Origin: Octopus vulgaris
Lineage: Eukaryota
DNA: 64,000 nt
NCBI GenBank assembly: GCA_951406725.2
Contig: OX597837.1
Span: forward strand, 15,624,001-15,688,000
Direction: 5' to 3'
A model generated the notes under the pieces. The model did not search any database, had not been told where the DNA came from, and worked only from the letters and a program-made list of their open reading frames with translations. Every line of letters starts with the position of its first letter. The stretch's first letter is position 1. The position numbers were made by a program, and so were the translations under genes. Of the stretch, positions 43,996 to 58,430 are shown one piece after another.

Positions 43996-45288
43996 ACAAA
44001 GGGTAAAATTAATTAATTAAGGAGTAATCAATAATTTCACCAAGTAGAATTCGGTATGAAAAAGGACCATTTCAACGGTAAACTTAAGTAATACTAATAA
44101 AAGGGTTCAGCAAAGATTTGCTTCACCACACACCGAAGTTTAGAAATAGCAGCTAAAAATCTTAGCTATTTCTTCTACTTTAAAAAGGGATCTCCCAGAG
44201 AAACCAAAATACTTGAAGATAATTCACACAAACAGAGAGTAAAGCAACGAAAATCAATCAATATCTGGTCATATATATATATATATATATATGCTAGCAC
44301 GGAAAATGGACGTTAAACGATGATGATAATATATATATATATATATATATTCAATCAAAGCAATTAAGATTCAAGTAAATTCCAATGAATTTACTTGAAT
44401 GTGGTACTTAACTTAGATGCACCAGAAAAACTATATGGTGTTAACCATACAGTAATGTGGAGTGATTATAAACGAGAAACGGATTAATTCATCTTCTCTT
44501 TGAAACTAATAAGCTTTTAAGAATCTGTGATAAGACTGTGCATCATCATTAAGGAATCTTTGGAAATCTGTTTGCAACCTATATCTGCCTTTAATGAAAT
44601 TATCTCCAATACTTCATGAGTATAACCTCACCCACTAAGATGTTTGGAGAACTCATATGTATTTTAGCTGATGAGTACGGGACACTTTTATCTGCTGCAA
44701 TTTTTGCAACTTGTAATAAAGCCTGTCTTTGTATGAAACAATTGTACTAAAAACTAATCCATTCTTGTTGCTTCTTTCTCGTATATATATATATATATCT
44801 CTTATTATAAAAGGCAGATTTTATCTGCCTCCCTTTGGGAGTTATACAAATCTATAATATAGGATTTCTTCAATTACAATTTACCTAGCATTTTTAACAG
44901 TACAATGCATCGCGTCATGCCAGGTTCAGTTTTTAAAATTTAAACTCCAATTAAGCAAAATTTACAGAAAACTCACATTCTGGTGTGTGTGTCAAATGCT
45001 TTTCTTAGTCTGGTTTACACCACACGCAAACGCACACACACAGTGGGCAACGAATAAAATGAAAGTAAATAGCGACAGAGTGATTTGAGGAAGACTAAAC
45101 TGAAAGTATTCTGTCTATGACGCTGATAGATACATGAGTAAAATGTATGGGAAGCTAAGAGCTAAGAGTGAGTGAAAATGTTCTTGGAAGAGAGTAAATA
45201 GCGAGAGAGAGAGTGATTTGACGAAGACTTTACATTAAATAACCGTAGTGGCTTGTGTTAGTAATAAAGTAAACATACACTCAAACAT

Positions 45289-45328
<40 letters not shown>

Positions 45329-48024
45329 ACATACACACACACATACATACATACACACATACATACATACATACATATACATACATATATACATATACAT
45401 ACATACACACACAGTATTGAAGCTTGAGAACAATCAGATACATTTGCAACACATCTGTTGAAAATATTATTGTTCACACACATACATATACATATATACA
45501 TACAGACAGACAGACAGACAGATAGACACACACACACACACATGATCCAGCATGGCCACAACCTCAAGGCTGAAACATATAAAAGAATAACAGAATATAA
45601 ATGTGTGCAAAGTACAAGAAATATTAATGCAGTATATGGGGATTGGACAATAAGTGTAAGGCAGTGTCAATGGTGGTTCCAGAAATCCCGAGCCATAAAC
45701 TACAGCCTAGAAGACGAGCCTCATCCTGAAAGATCTGTAGAACTCGACAAGGACATCCTGAAAACCCTGGTGGAACAAAATCTCATCGTAACTGTTGAGG
45801 AACTAGCAGAGAAGCTTGGATTTGGTCATTCAACCATTCATTGAGACCTGTGTGCTATCGGAAAAGTCAGCAAATTGGGTCAATGGGTTCCTCACAAACT
45901 TTCCGAGTCTAATTGCATGCAGAGAGTGAATGTATGCTTTTCTTTGCTGTCACATCTCACCACTACTGCGCTATGTATATCTATATATATAAAACTGTAG
46001 TTGTGTGAGTGTCTGTCCCCTTCGATTTAGATTCCTAACTACTCCCACATTTTGCGGTGCAGTTTAGCCAAATTCGGGTAGCTTATAGTCGTGATTCATA
46101 TCGAGCCCATCTGAATATTAGCGCGCGTCTACGATGAGTCTACGATTTTAAAAATAATTTAACATCATTTTTTATTCCATTTTAATGCATAATTTTTCGT
46201 GTGTCGATGGCGGCGGAGTTGGCGTCCACGCTCACACCTGCACCTGTGGGGAAGGGAGTGTAAGGAAATCAACGTCGTAATGCGTTGTCAAGGAGACCAG
46301 TGTTCTTTTAGAACAACGACTTCATGGCTTGAAGACACCAAAACAGAAATGGCTAAGAAAGCGTCTACATGAGTCTACGATTTAAAAAAAAATTTACCAT
46401 CGTTTTTTTTCCATTTTAATGCATTTTTTCGCTATTATATAAGGGAAGTAACTCTCTAAAAATGTCTACGATGAGTCAACGATTTAAAAAAAAATTTACC
46501 ATCATATTTTTTCCATTTTTAATGCATTTTTTGCTATTTTTTGGCTATAACTCTCTAAAAATGCTTATATAGTTATTTCCCTTACAAACCCGAGCAACGC
46601 CGGGCGATACTGCTAGTATATATATATTCCCTCCTGGATGGGACATCAGTCTGTCCCAGGATTACTCACTTTTGCCAGGTGAGTGGACAGGAGCAATGTG
46701 AAAAAGTGTTTTGCTCAAGAACACAACACATTGGTTGGTCCAGAAATTGAAATCACAATCTCATGTTTATGAGTCCACCACCCTAACCACTAAGCCACTA
46801 ATCCTCCACTCTGATTTTACATAAGTATTAGAAATTGCAATGAATTTTTTAGCATTGGTGTGGCTGTGTGGTTGAGAAGATTGCTTCTTAGCCATGCAAT
46901 CTCAGGTTCAGTCCCTCTGAATGGCAACTTGGCCAAGTATTTTCTACTATAGCCTTAGGCCAACCAAAGCTTTGCGAGTGAATTTGGTGGACAGAAACTA
47001 TAAGAAGCCTGTTGTGTGTGTGTGTGTGTGTGTATACCCTTGTCTTGAAATCCCATGACAGTTGTACAAGAACACCATTGTCATACAAAAGATGCACATT
47101 TCCAGACTTCCATGTCTGGCCATGGGAACATTTAGCGTTCCTGGGAACAGGTGAAACTCATTGAAAGGGAAAGCATCAAGTAGCAAGAAAACCAACAAGT
47201 TCCGTCTGACCCATGCAAGCCTGGAAAAGTGCACGTTTAATGGTGATGATGATGATGATGATGCCATATCACACCCAGGAGCATCACAAGATGCTGTATT
47301 AGGAAACAAGAGTCCACATAGAAACCCCAATTAAACTCCCCTTACTCACAGACATTGTGCCCCTTCCTTTCCAAACCTTATAATCCCCAACCAAAACTAA
47401 GGAATGCTTCAAAACATGTTTGGTTATAATCTAAAAGCATGTCTGTGTAATTCGGCTCCTTTCATAAACGGAATGGATTCCCATGTTGTCTTTGAGAAGC
47501 AATTATGTATTAATGCCATCCGATTCTATTCGAATGCACATGTTATACATTAGTAACATAGATATTTGTAATATGGAGTCGGGTTCCTCAGAATATACAG
47601 TGTGATTAGAATTTAGAATTTAAAAAAAATTCGTACTAATCCGTTGCTATTAGAAACCAATCTTTAGTGTTTTTTGTCTTATTTTTGTTTTTTTTATTTC
47701 TCTGTACTTTGGTAATTTAAATGTTCCTAATAATAAACCAGCTTCCACAAATCATAGCATCTGACTGTAATTTGATAATCAAAAGACTCTCATATTAATC
47801 TGGTCTTGAAATCATACTCATCCCGCCCCCCCCCCTCCTCGTGCACTTTGCTTCCATTATAAAACTATTTCTCTACAACTTTCCTACAACATCACTACAT
47901 ACACACACACACATCAGAGAGAAAGATGGGTAGATAAATTGTGACCCAAGAAAATATATACACACGTACAAAAGTTACAAGTGAAAAATCTCATCTCACA
48001 GACATGCACATAATACATATGACT

Positions 48025-48067
<43 letters not shown>

Positions 48068-50122
48068 GAACATGTATAACTGATATGAGAGAGAAAGAGA
48101 GAGGGGGAGAGCGATATCACATGGCTGGATGGTGAGAAAACTGCAGCCAGCAGATGCGAATGGCATCATTTTGCTGCCTGACCGGCTCAAGAGTACGGAC
48201 AGAACTGATGTTGATGCTGAGTGTAGACTGGACCATCCGGCAGAATCCATGCCGTGGGATTGAACACACAGTCATGTGGTTCAGATGTGAACTTCTCAAC
48301 CACAAGGCACCAAAAGATCTTTTAATTATGATTGCATAAATTATGGTGAGAGAGAGAGAGAATGTGATGTAAGAAAAGTCAAGATTGGATAAAATCAAAT
48401 TCTTCACCATGGGGTCTGTATGAAGCCTTTTGTGAGGGTGCATGGCCTAGGGGTAAGTTTGCTGCATCCACGACTGCAAAATCCTGGTTTCAGTTCCTGG
48501 GCGAGGCAGTACATTGTATTCTTAAGCAAAACACTTCACTGCATGTTGCTCTGTTGTGTGGTCAAACCGTTCAGTACCTGTTCAGACAATTTTGATTTGA
48601 CGAAGGGAGTAAAAGCTAATGTATGGCACCTTTGATCCCTATAAACAGATCTTTTGTGCCGGTCGTTCAGCATCAACCAAACACTCCCACGTTGTCTTTG
48701 ATGGGAGATTCCATTATCCGTCCTCCACAACTCAGGTTACTCGGTCAAATGTTAGGCTTTTTTTGTTTTTTTCTTCTTCATATTTCTTCATGCATTGCTT
48801 TGTAGCTTCTAGATTTTGATGACATGATTGTTTACTTTTAGAATGACATTGTAGGGTAGGTGTGAGAGGCCAGATGCGGCCAGTTTGAACTTATAACAAT
48901 CTGGATATATTTTGGCTGCTTTAACTGTTGAAGGGTCAAGCGTGGAGCCATCCTTGGGGAGCTTCAAGGATTAAGTGTGGAGCCATTCTTGGGGGGCTTC
49001 AAGGGTTAAACGTGGAGCCATCCTTGGGGAGTTTCAAGGGTTAAGTGTGGAGCCATCCTTGGGGAGCTTCAAGGGTTAAGCGTGGAGCCATTCTTGGGGA
49101 GTTTCAAGGGTTAAGTGTGGAGCCATCCTTGGGGAGCTTCAAGGGTTAAGTGTGGAGCCATCCTTGGGGAGCTTCAAGGGTTAAGTGTGGAGCCATCCTT
49201 GGGGAGTTTCAAGGGTTAAGTGTGGAGCCATCCTTGGGGAGTTTCAAGGGTTAAGTGTGGAGCCATCCTTGGGAAGCTTCAAGGGTTAAGTGTGGAGCCA
49301 TCCTTGGGGAGCTTCAGTAGTGTAATAAGTTTTTATCATGAAAAGTGATTGGTAGCTTCTCACTCAACTTACCCCCATTTCTCGAGAAAGGCTTGCAGTG
49401 AGCGCCCTCTACCTTTACTGATGGCTCTTCTCATGGCACAACAGTGGGAAGAGGGGAGGAGAAAGAGAAGAAGGGTGGGGAACTAACCGGTGCTTTATTT
49501 ATCTTAAATGTTGACCCTGAGTGGATGAAAGGTAAAGATGACCTCAGCTGGATTTGAAATCAGATCCCAGAGAGTTGAAACAAATATCACAAGGTTATTC
49601 TATCCTGCTAATTCCTCATTCACCCCCCCCCCCATCATATGTGTGTGTCTCTGTGAATGTTAGTGGTTTTGTGTGTATATGTCTGTCTCTGTGTGTGTAT
49701 ATATGTATACGTATGTCTATATGCCACACACAGATGCAAGTATGTGTGTATTTAATGGTAATTCTGTATAAAACATACAACAGCTCAGAGTTGCTACATT
49801 CTATAGAAATATTCCCAAGCCACAAAGGAAGTTTTATTCTCCAGTTTAAGACAACATTGCTGCATAAATTCTATATGAAATGCCAAACCAATACCACCGG
49901 CTGCTCTACAAAGGCCATTGAAACAAAGACGGAATGCCATAGAACATTTCCTCTAAATGAATTGTTCTTCAAATGAAGACATCTTACACCATTATCAGCA
50001 TGTGTGTGTGTGTGTGTGTGTGTGTGTGAGTATTTATGCATGAATAATACAGGAAACTATGTGTGTATATATGAATCTCAATGAATATAAATAGTTGTCT
50101 ATATTATGTATGTGTGTGTGTA

Positions 50123-50163
<41 letters not shown>

Positions 50164-52693
50164 TTATGTATGTATTTATATATATATATATATAAGTCTG
50201 TGTATGTCTGTATTTATATATATGTGTGTATGCATTTATATATATATATATATTTATAAAGAAAGAGAGAGAGAGAGTGGGGGAGGGAGGGAGGGAGATA
50301 TGTGTGTATGTATGTATACACACACACACATCAAATATATGAGATCAATGAAATCTGAACCTGACTGAAGAAGTAAGTACACATGTCAATAGGATTGATT
50401 TAAAACCGCTGAAAGCAGCGCTCCAGCTTGGCCAGATTTTAATGATTGCAACCAGTTAAACAATAAAAGGTTATTTTCAAATGTAATAATGAGTGTGTGT
50501 GTGTGTGTGTTTACACACACACACACATGGCTGTGTAGTGATTTGGATAGAGTCCTGCTGAAGCGGTTGACTCTTAGCATCTGAACTCACGTACACTGAG
50601 GGTTGCCACAATGCACTGGAAAAACTAAGGTACTACTTGGGGTTCTAAAACTCCTAGTATTACGAGGTGTTTGCCACTTTCTCCTCCAGGTAAGGGTTGG
50701 TGTCAGGAAGAGTATCCAGCCATAAAAAAGTCTGTCTCATCATAGCATTTTGTCCAACCCACTGCAAGTATGAATTGTTGATGTTAAAATGATGATGATG
50801 CATATGTGTGTGTGTGCGTGTATGTACGCACACGTGTGTCTGTAAATGTTTGCATTCTATGTGTGTGTTTGTGCAAATGTTTACATCCTGTGTGTTAGCA
50901 TGGGTTGGATGATTTGATTGAGGCCAGGCGAACCAGATGGCTGCACCAGTCTCCAATCTGATCTGGCAGAGTTTCTACAGCTGGATGCCCTTCCTAATGC
51001 CAACCACTCCAAGAGTGTAGTGGGTGCTTTTATGTGCCACCGGCACGAGAGCCAGTCAGGCGGTACTGGCAACGGCCACACTCAAATGATGCTTTTTATG
51101 TGCCACCTGCACAGGAGCCAGTCCAGCGGCACTGGCAACGACCTTGCTCAAATGTTTTTTCACGTGCCACCAGTACAAGTGCCAGTAAGGCAATGCAAAT
51201 AACGATCACGCTCGAATGGTGCTTTTTACGTACCATCGGCATGGAGACCAGCTTGTTGCTCTGGTAACAATGATGCTCGTATGGTACTCTTAGCGCTCCA
51301 CTAGCACAGATGCCAGTCATCATTAAATCAACTGGAGCACTGGTCGCCATAACCGACAGAGTGGGCCATGTCTGATTCACCAACGAAAAGGGTTGAGTCA
51401 AGGCTTTGGCAAGGTGCCATGCAGTAGAATTGAACCTGGAACCATGAAGTTGCAGAGGAAACTGTCTAACCACACATCCATGCATGCAGATGTGATTTAA
51501 ACCTCCATTACCCTTACATAACATGCAAATGACAGAAAGGAGTTGAACACAACACACACACACACGTTGAGATAATAATCGCATTGGAATAGGAAAAAAT
51601 AAAACTTAACAAAACAAACATTAAAAATATTTGGAAAGATAATTAAGAGAAGAAAATAGAAATAAATGAGGATTAAGTAATTTCAGTGCAATGGTAACGT
51701 CAACAAGAACAACAACAAACAACAATAACTACGGTATCAACATGAAGGAGCAAGAACAACAACAACAACAATGACAGCAGTAATGCTAAGAACATCAACA
51801 ACAGTAACAACAAAAACTAACAATATTGACAGCGACAACAGCAACAATTGTAATAACAGCAACAGTGACATGAACAACAACATTGACAACAACAACTCAA
51901 CGAAAACAAATTCATTAACTTCTTCAATAGCAACAACAAAAACAATAATGAAAAGAACATTGCCAACAACAACAACAAGCATCCCTGATAACAAGATTAA
52001 CAGCAGCAATCACAACCGGAACAGGTGTAGGATGAGCAACGACAACATCGACATCAGCAATGACAAAAAGCAATGGTTAACAACAACAGCAACAACATGA
52101 GAGTAATGTAGGAAAAAGAATAATTAAAAACAAGTGCAAGAAATTATCTGCTAACCTCTAAGACAGAAGGAATGTGTGTGGGGAAAATCAATATGTGTGT
52201 GTGTGTGTGTGCGCGAATGCATGTATGTATGTGTGTGTGTGTGTGTGCGAGTGCATGCATATATCAATGTATGTGCATGTATGTGTGTGTGTGTGTGTGT
52301 GTGTGTTTGTATATGTATGTATGCGAGTGCATGCACATATCAATGTATGAGAGTGTGTGCATGTTTAGTATGTGTGTGAGCACGTGTGTGCGAACTTTGT
52401 ATGTATTTGCATGTGTATGTGTATATGTATATCTGTATGGGTGAGTGTGTGTTTGTATGTACATGTATATGTGTGTGTATATGCCTATGTGTGCATGAGA
52501 GAGAGAGAGAGAGAGAATGTGTGTGTGAGTGTGTATGCATGTGAATGTGTGAGAGTAAGTGTATATGTGAGCACATTGCATGTGTGCAAGTGTGTGTGTG
52601 TGTGTGTGTGTATGTGTGTGTGTGTTTGTGTGTGAGACTGAGGACAGACGTGTGAGTATGCATGTGCATGTATATATCACACATACAGAAGAG

Positions 52694-52735
<42 letters not shown>

Positions 52736-53992
52736 CAAAAAAAAAAAAAAAAAAAGGAAAAGAAAAGGAAAGGAGAATGAAATGTGTTTATAAACAATAT
52801 CTGTGATGAGAGCAAATGTTTGGTTTGTTTGCTGCTGTTGAGGAGATGATGATGATGATGGCAGCTGTGACAGAGGCCTGGTGGAGATTTTGGTTTTTCT
52901 AATCTGGGTTGGCGTTGGCAAAGTTCTCTTCTTGGAAACCACTCACGGAACAAGCTTTTAGCAGGGAAAAATGCAAATTTTCTTAGGCATATAATTTCTC
53001 CCCTTCACCATCACTCTCACCTCCACTCCCTCTCTCTCTCTCTCTCTTCCTCCCCCCTCTCTCTCTCACATGTTCATCACTGTCTCATCTCCAACCCTTT
53101 TTCTCTCTCTCAGTCATGTTGTCTCTGTCTGTCTGTCTCTCATTTGATGACATTTCTTTTTCTCTCTCTCTCTCTCTCTCTTGCTTATCATGTTGTCTCT
53201 CTGTCTCACTCTCAAGTCTCTTACACTCTCTCTTCCCCCCTCTCTCTTTCTATCACATGTCACTTTGTAAAACCATCAGCACTTTTTTGGTTTTGGAATC
53301 GGTTGGCTTTCCTTTCTTTCTTTCTTTCTTTCTTCTATCTTTCTTCTTTCTTTCTTTCTTTATTTTTGTTTGGTTTGTTTTGGCATTTTTTTTGTTGGTT
53401 TTGGTTCAGAAATTAAATGAGAGAAGACATCACAGAAGGTTGTTAAAAGTTAAATAGCAATAAAGGGGGTGGCGGAATGGTGGGGTGGGGGAGCCCCAAG
53501 AAAAACAAAAACCTCAAACAAAACACACAAATATACAGAATCTACTGCACCCTCCCCCCACCGAAAAAAAGAAGTAGATATGTTATTAAGGAAAGAAACT
53601 GTAAAATTCAGTATCGACCCCGCCCCCGCCATCCTACCCAGATACAAAAGAACGGGGGGTGGGGGGTGTTTTAAAAAACAGATGGAAGAGACAACAGGAG
53701 GAAGAGAGGATGATGACAATACAATGCTATATTGTATTTAATCAAATTTCTTTCTCTTCATGAAGAAAATAGAATATATAAACAAAAAAAAAAAGCAGAA
53801 AAAAAAATAGGGAGAGAAAAGAAATTAAGAAGAAAAAAAGTGAAGGGAAAAAAAACACTTTTGAAATTTGGGTTGAAAATAAATATAATGAAAGAAGGAA
53901 ATGAAAAAAAAATTTGAGGAAAGAAAAATTTAAAAAAATTAAACAATATTTAAAGAATATTGGGTGGGTGTGTGACATGGAAAAGTCATAAA

Positions 53993-54031
<39 letters not shown>

Positions 54032-54217
54032 CAAACACACACACACACACATACCTATATGTATACACACACATACATATATACATACAGACATATGTGT
54101 GTAACCCCCTCCATACATACATACATATATATAATGTGTGATAATACATCAAGTCACATAAAATAGTGGAAGGCAGTGATATATATATATATATATATCA
54201 TATATATACATATATAT

Positions 54218-54277
<60 letters not shown>

Positions 54278-57200
54278 TGTGTGTGTGTGTAGATGACAAG
54301 GAAGGAAGTTGGTGGTTGGGGGAGTTTAGAATAATATCTGTAATATTTGAATGTGGCAAAAGAGAAATAAGAATAAAATACATTATGATGATGATGAGGT
54401 ATTTTGGCAGGCAGCAAAGTTGGGCGACTTCAAGTTTAAATACAAATACACACACACACACACACACACACGTGTGTGTTCATGATTAAATACATTAAAT
54501 GAAAGAAAGCACTCAATGAGTAAATAGACTTTGTTTGCTCATTGAGTGTTTTATACTCATTTCCCAAGCAATTGCTCAGCCAGCACCCTCTACAGCCATG
54601 TCTGAATTGATCACAGCCAAGCTTACATCTCTGCAGCCATGCCTACATCTATAAAATTTATTTTTAACAAAAAAATGGTTGACAGTAACTTTGATGTTCT
54701 ACTTATGGTCAGTTACAAACAGAGTTATATGCAATTCTTCAGTATAAAATCCTCTTTTAATCTAAAAATGATAATGATAAGTCCCTTAAATGCTATTGTC
54801 ATCCAGTATTCGTTTTCAGGTGTAAAAATAGTGTGGGTGGCTGATAGTCACAGGTCACCATCTGGTTCAGGAATAAAAACCATAATCTCATGATTGTGAG
54901 TGCCACACCCTAACCACTAGGCCATGTGCCCTCACATGCACAAACACAGAGGTTTACAACTGATTTATTTATACTGTTTCTACAGATCTAAAATATTAGT
55001 TTCTGTCGAACCCTATAACAGGGTGAAAGCACAGTCGCTTTGCTAAAACTTTTACATCTGTTTAAATATAAGACTATTCATATACACATACATACATATA
55101 TATATTGTGTGTATTGAAAAGTTTTTCATATTCACTCGGTCCTTTATATTTAGTTTGGAACAATAACTTTCCTAAGCCTATTTATGTTTAAAGACCTTCA
55201 CTACCTCATCAAAACCATGAGGAGGAAATATGAATAATCGTTAAAAAAAAAAAATTTTAACTCAAGCAGTCATGTCTTCTATATAACATGTCAGGGAAAA
55301 CACTGTTTCATATATATATACACACACAAACACTCGCACAAAGTAAATTGTAGTACTAATACTAAAAAATAGCAATAATAATAATAATAATCTAACGACA
55401 ACAATAATTTACCATTAAAAATAAAACAAGAGAAACAACAATATAGAATAATTTTTTTAAAAGGAAAAAAAAAAACACGAAAAGGTGGCAGATGATGATA
55501 GGTGGAGGTGAGGAAACGGTGATAGGAATTTTACTGCCAGAAAACTGAAGTCAATTGTTTTGTTGATAAAATAGAATGAAATAGAATAAAAAACGACTTC
55601 TCCCTCACCACCAGTTAACAGATTTTATTTTATTCGTTGTATTTTTTAATGTTTTTGGTTTAATTCTCTCTCTCTCTCTCTTTTCCTATTTCTTTCTTTC
55701 CACCTTTTCCTTAGCTAAGATAAAAATGCAGTAACTTTGAAATGGGTTATTTTAGATCTGACAACCGACAGCACAACAGACGGACATAAGTCAGTCGACA
55801 TTTAAAGAAAGTAGACTTGTCGACTGCCGAACGAAGTCAATAAATAAAATCATTAGAAAATGGATAAAAAGGTTGGGGATTTTTGTGGGGAAGGCTTTTG
55901 TTCAGTTTAGTTTGAAAAGACAAAATACAAGATATGAAGAAATATTTTTTTTATGAGGAAGGGAGAGAGACATTACGTCGGATAGAGTCAGTTGATAGTT
56001 GAAGACAATCAACTGGCCAACAACTCATTAGAATCGTTAGAAAATGGGTGAAAAGGTTGGGGTTTATTGTGGGGAAAGTTTTTCGTTCGGTTTTGTTTTC
56101 TGCAAAATACAGGAGCTGAAAGAAATATTTCGGAGAGAGAAAATGGTACAACATGTTGGACATAAGTCAGTTATTAGTTAAAGACAACCAACTTTCCAAC
56201 AATTCAATAAAATCATTAGAAAATAGATAAGAAGGTTATTAATTAGTTTTTTTTTTTGCTGGGAAACTTTTTTTTAGTTTAATTTTCAGAAATATAGAAT
56301 GGGAAGGAATATTTGTATCAGAGAGACGACAGACGTTAAGTTGACAGTTAAAGACATTCGACTGTTGAATAAATCAATCGATAAATATGAGAAAACGACT
56401 TTTTTTTTTTTTGTATAGGATGTGTGAGTGAAGGGAAGGTTATTTTTCTGTGCAATTTAGTTTTGAAAATACAAGACACGAGGCAATATTTATGTAAAAG
56501 AGGGGCAGTGGTCCTACATAATAAGTCAGCTGAGAGAGAGAGAGAGAGAGAGTCGACTGTGGAACAAGTCGAGAAATATCAGGAGAAAATAGATAAAAAA
56601 TAAGTTTTGGGAAGGGAAAGTGTAACGGGGAAGCTTTATTTTTTAATACAGGATGTGGGGAGATATTTATGTAAGATAAATATAAGATAAAAATACCTGA
56701 ATACACACTGTGAAACAAGCGTGAAAGATGGCCAACCGAATGGCTGACTGGCAGACAGACAGGCAGGCAGGGATCGGCTGCAGGGGAGATGAGAGACAAA
56801 TCACATCCTTCACCCCACCACCCTTTTAAATAAGGAGGGGATGTATTACATAATTTAGTCATAAATTATTCCCCCCACCCCGCTAAAAAGATGGTATGGT
56901 CACGTTTGGAATGTCTTTGACTATAAGGCTGCCCAATCAGAACTGACCTGGGACTAAGCAACAATAATACCACCACCGCCACCGCCACTACCAAGGGTGT
57001 TGCTGTTACAAGATTGTTATGCTAAGGATCGAAACAGAGAATGGGATATGAAGGGAGTCAAAGGTGGGGTAGTGCCCCAAGAGGGCCCCATGGTACTTCA
57101 AAGCCAACAACTATCAATGTAGAGCACTGTAGGAATATGTATGTGAGGGAGGTCACCTAGGATCGTTTGAGATCCTTCCCAATTAGTCCAGACTATTTTA

Positions 57201-58398
57201 CCATGTTCCAACTAGTTACTACAGCTTGATGCTTAATTTGCTGAAAGCCTGTGGGAGCAAGGGTCTTTAAGACCGACACTTGACTTGTTAGAAATAGCAG
57301 CCAACTGTTTCCAAAGAACAAAAACAAGGCAAAAGGAACAAACTGAATAATGTATACAAAGATGAACTATGGCCAGGAAGACGAGATGGTCATGGTTGGA
57401 ATGCCATAAAAGATAAATTATCATAACTTGAGCAGCATTGGCCTAGAGCTTAACAACAACAAAAACAACTTTACTTAGTAAGCAGCAGGTGCATTATGAA
57501 ATTGCTGAGTGTTTATTTTTAGTGGCCTCTTACTTCATAATGAATTAGACACAGGCATTGTTGGTGTGGTGAAGATGCTTGCTGCCCAACTACAGAGTTT
57601 CTGGGTCGGTCAAGTATCTTCTACTACAGCGGTGGGGATGACCAAAGCCTTGTGAGTGGATTTAATAGATGGAAACAGAAAGAAGCCCGTTGTGTGCAAT
57701 ATATGTGTGTATCTTTGTTCCCCACTGATGCTTGTAACTGGTGTAGGTTTATTTATGAGTTGTGACTTAGCAGTTCAGCAAGAGAGATCAATAGAATAAA
57801 TACCAGGCTTCAAAGAAGAGAAAAGAAAAAGTACTGGGGTGAATTCTGTTGACCAAAACCCTTCAAAGTGGTTCCCCAGCAAGGTTGCAGCAGAATGACT
57901 GAAACAAGTAAAAGATAGAACCCCCAAAACTGAGAAATAATTCTTACCAAGTATTCCAAAGAGAGACAACCTCCACCGGACTCAATGACGCCGTCCTTCA
58001 TCAACATGTTCAGCGTGATGCCACGACCTCGTCCACATCCCATGCCACCACTGGACATGTTTGCACCACTTCCCCTTCCAACACCTCGTGCCGTCGTGCC
58101 ACCAGGTGCCGTCGTGCCACCAGGTGCCGTGATTCTTCCGCTACCTTTGCTGCCAGGTCGGCTGTTCAAACAATCAATCATCTCTTGTGATTTGTGATAT
58201 TTGGACGACAGCAGCTGGTGTTGCCTCTGCTGTTGCTGCAGCAGGGGCTGTTTCAAATAGAGTTTGTGGGGATCAGGTAAAGACAATGGCGTTTCTATTT
58301 TGTTGCTTCTCATCAGATTCCTGTCATGCGATTGTGTTGTAAACCTCATCTTAATGCCATTACCATTCTTATTGTTATTATTGTTATTATGATTATTA

Positions 58399-58430
<32 letters not shown>

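Noticed and set aside
48931-49315. CRISPR-like 35-bp repeats
   Set aside because: No spacers, no cas genes, eukaryotic intron.
52790-52960. His-rich ORF start [13 protein letters not shown]
   Set aside because: It runs into microsatellites, and the RAMA domain is contiguous across this intron, so no MPND exon is needed.
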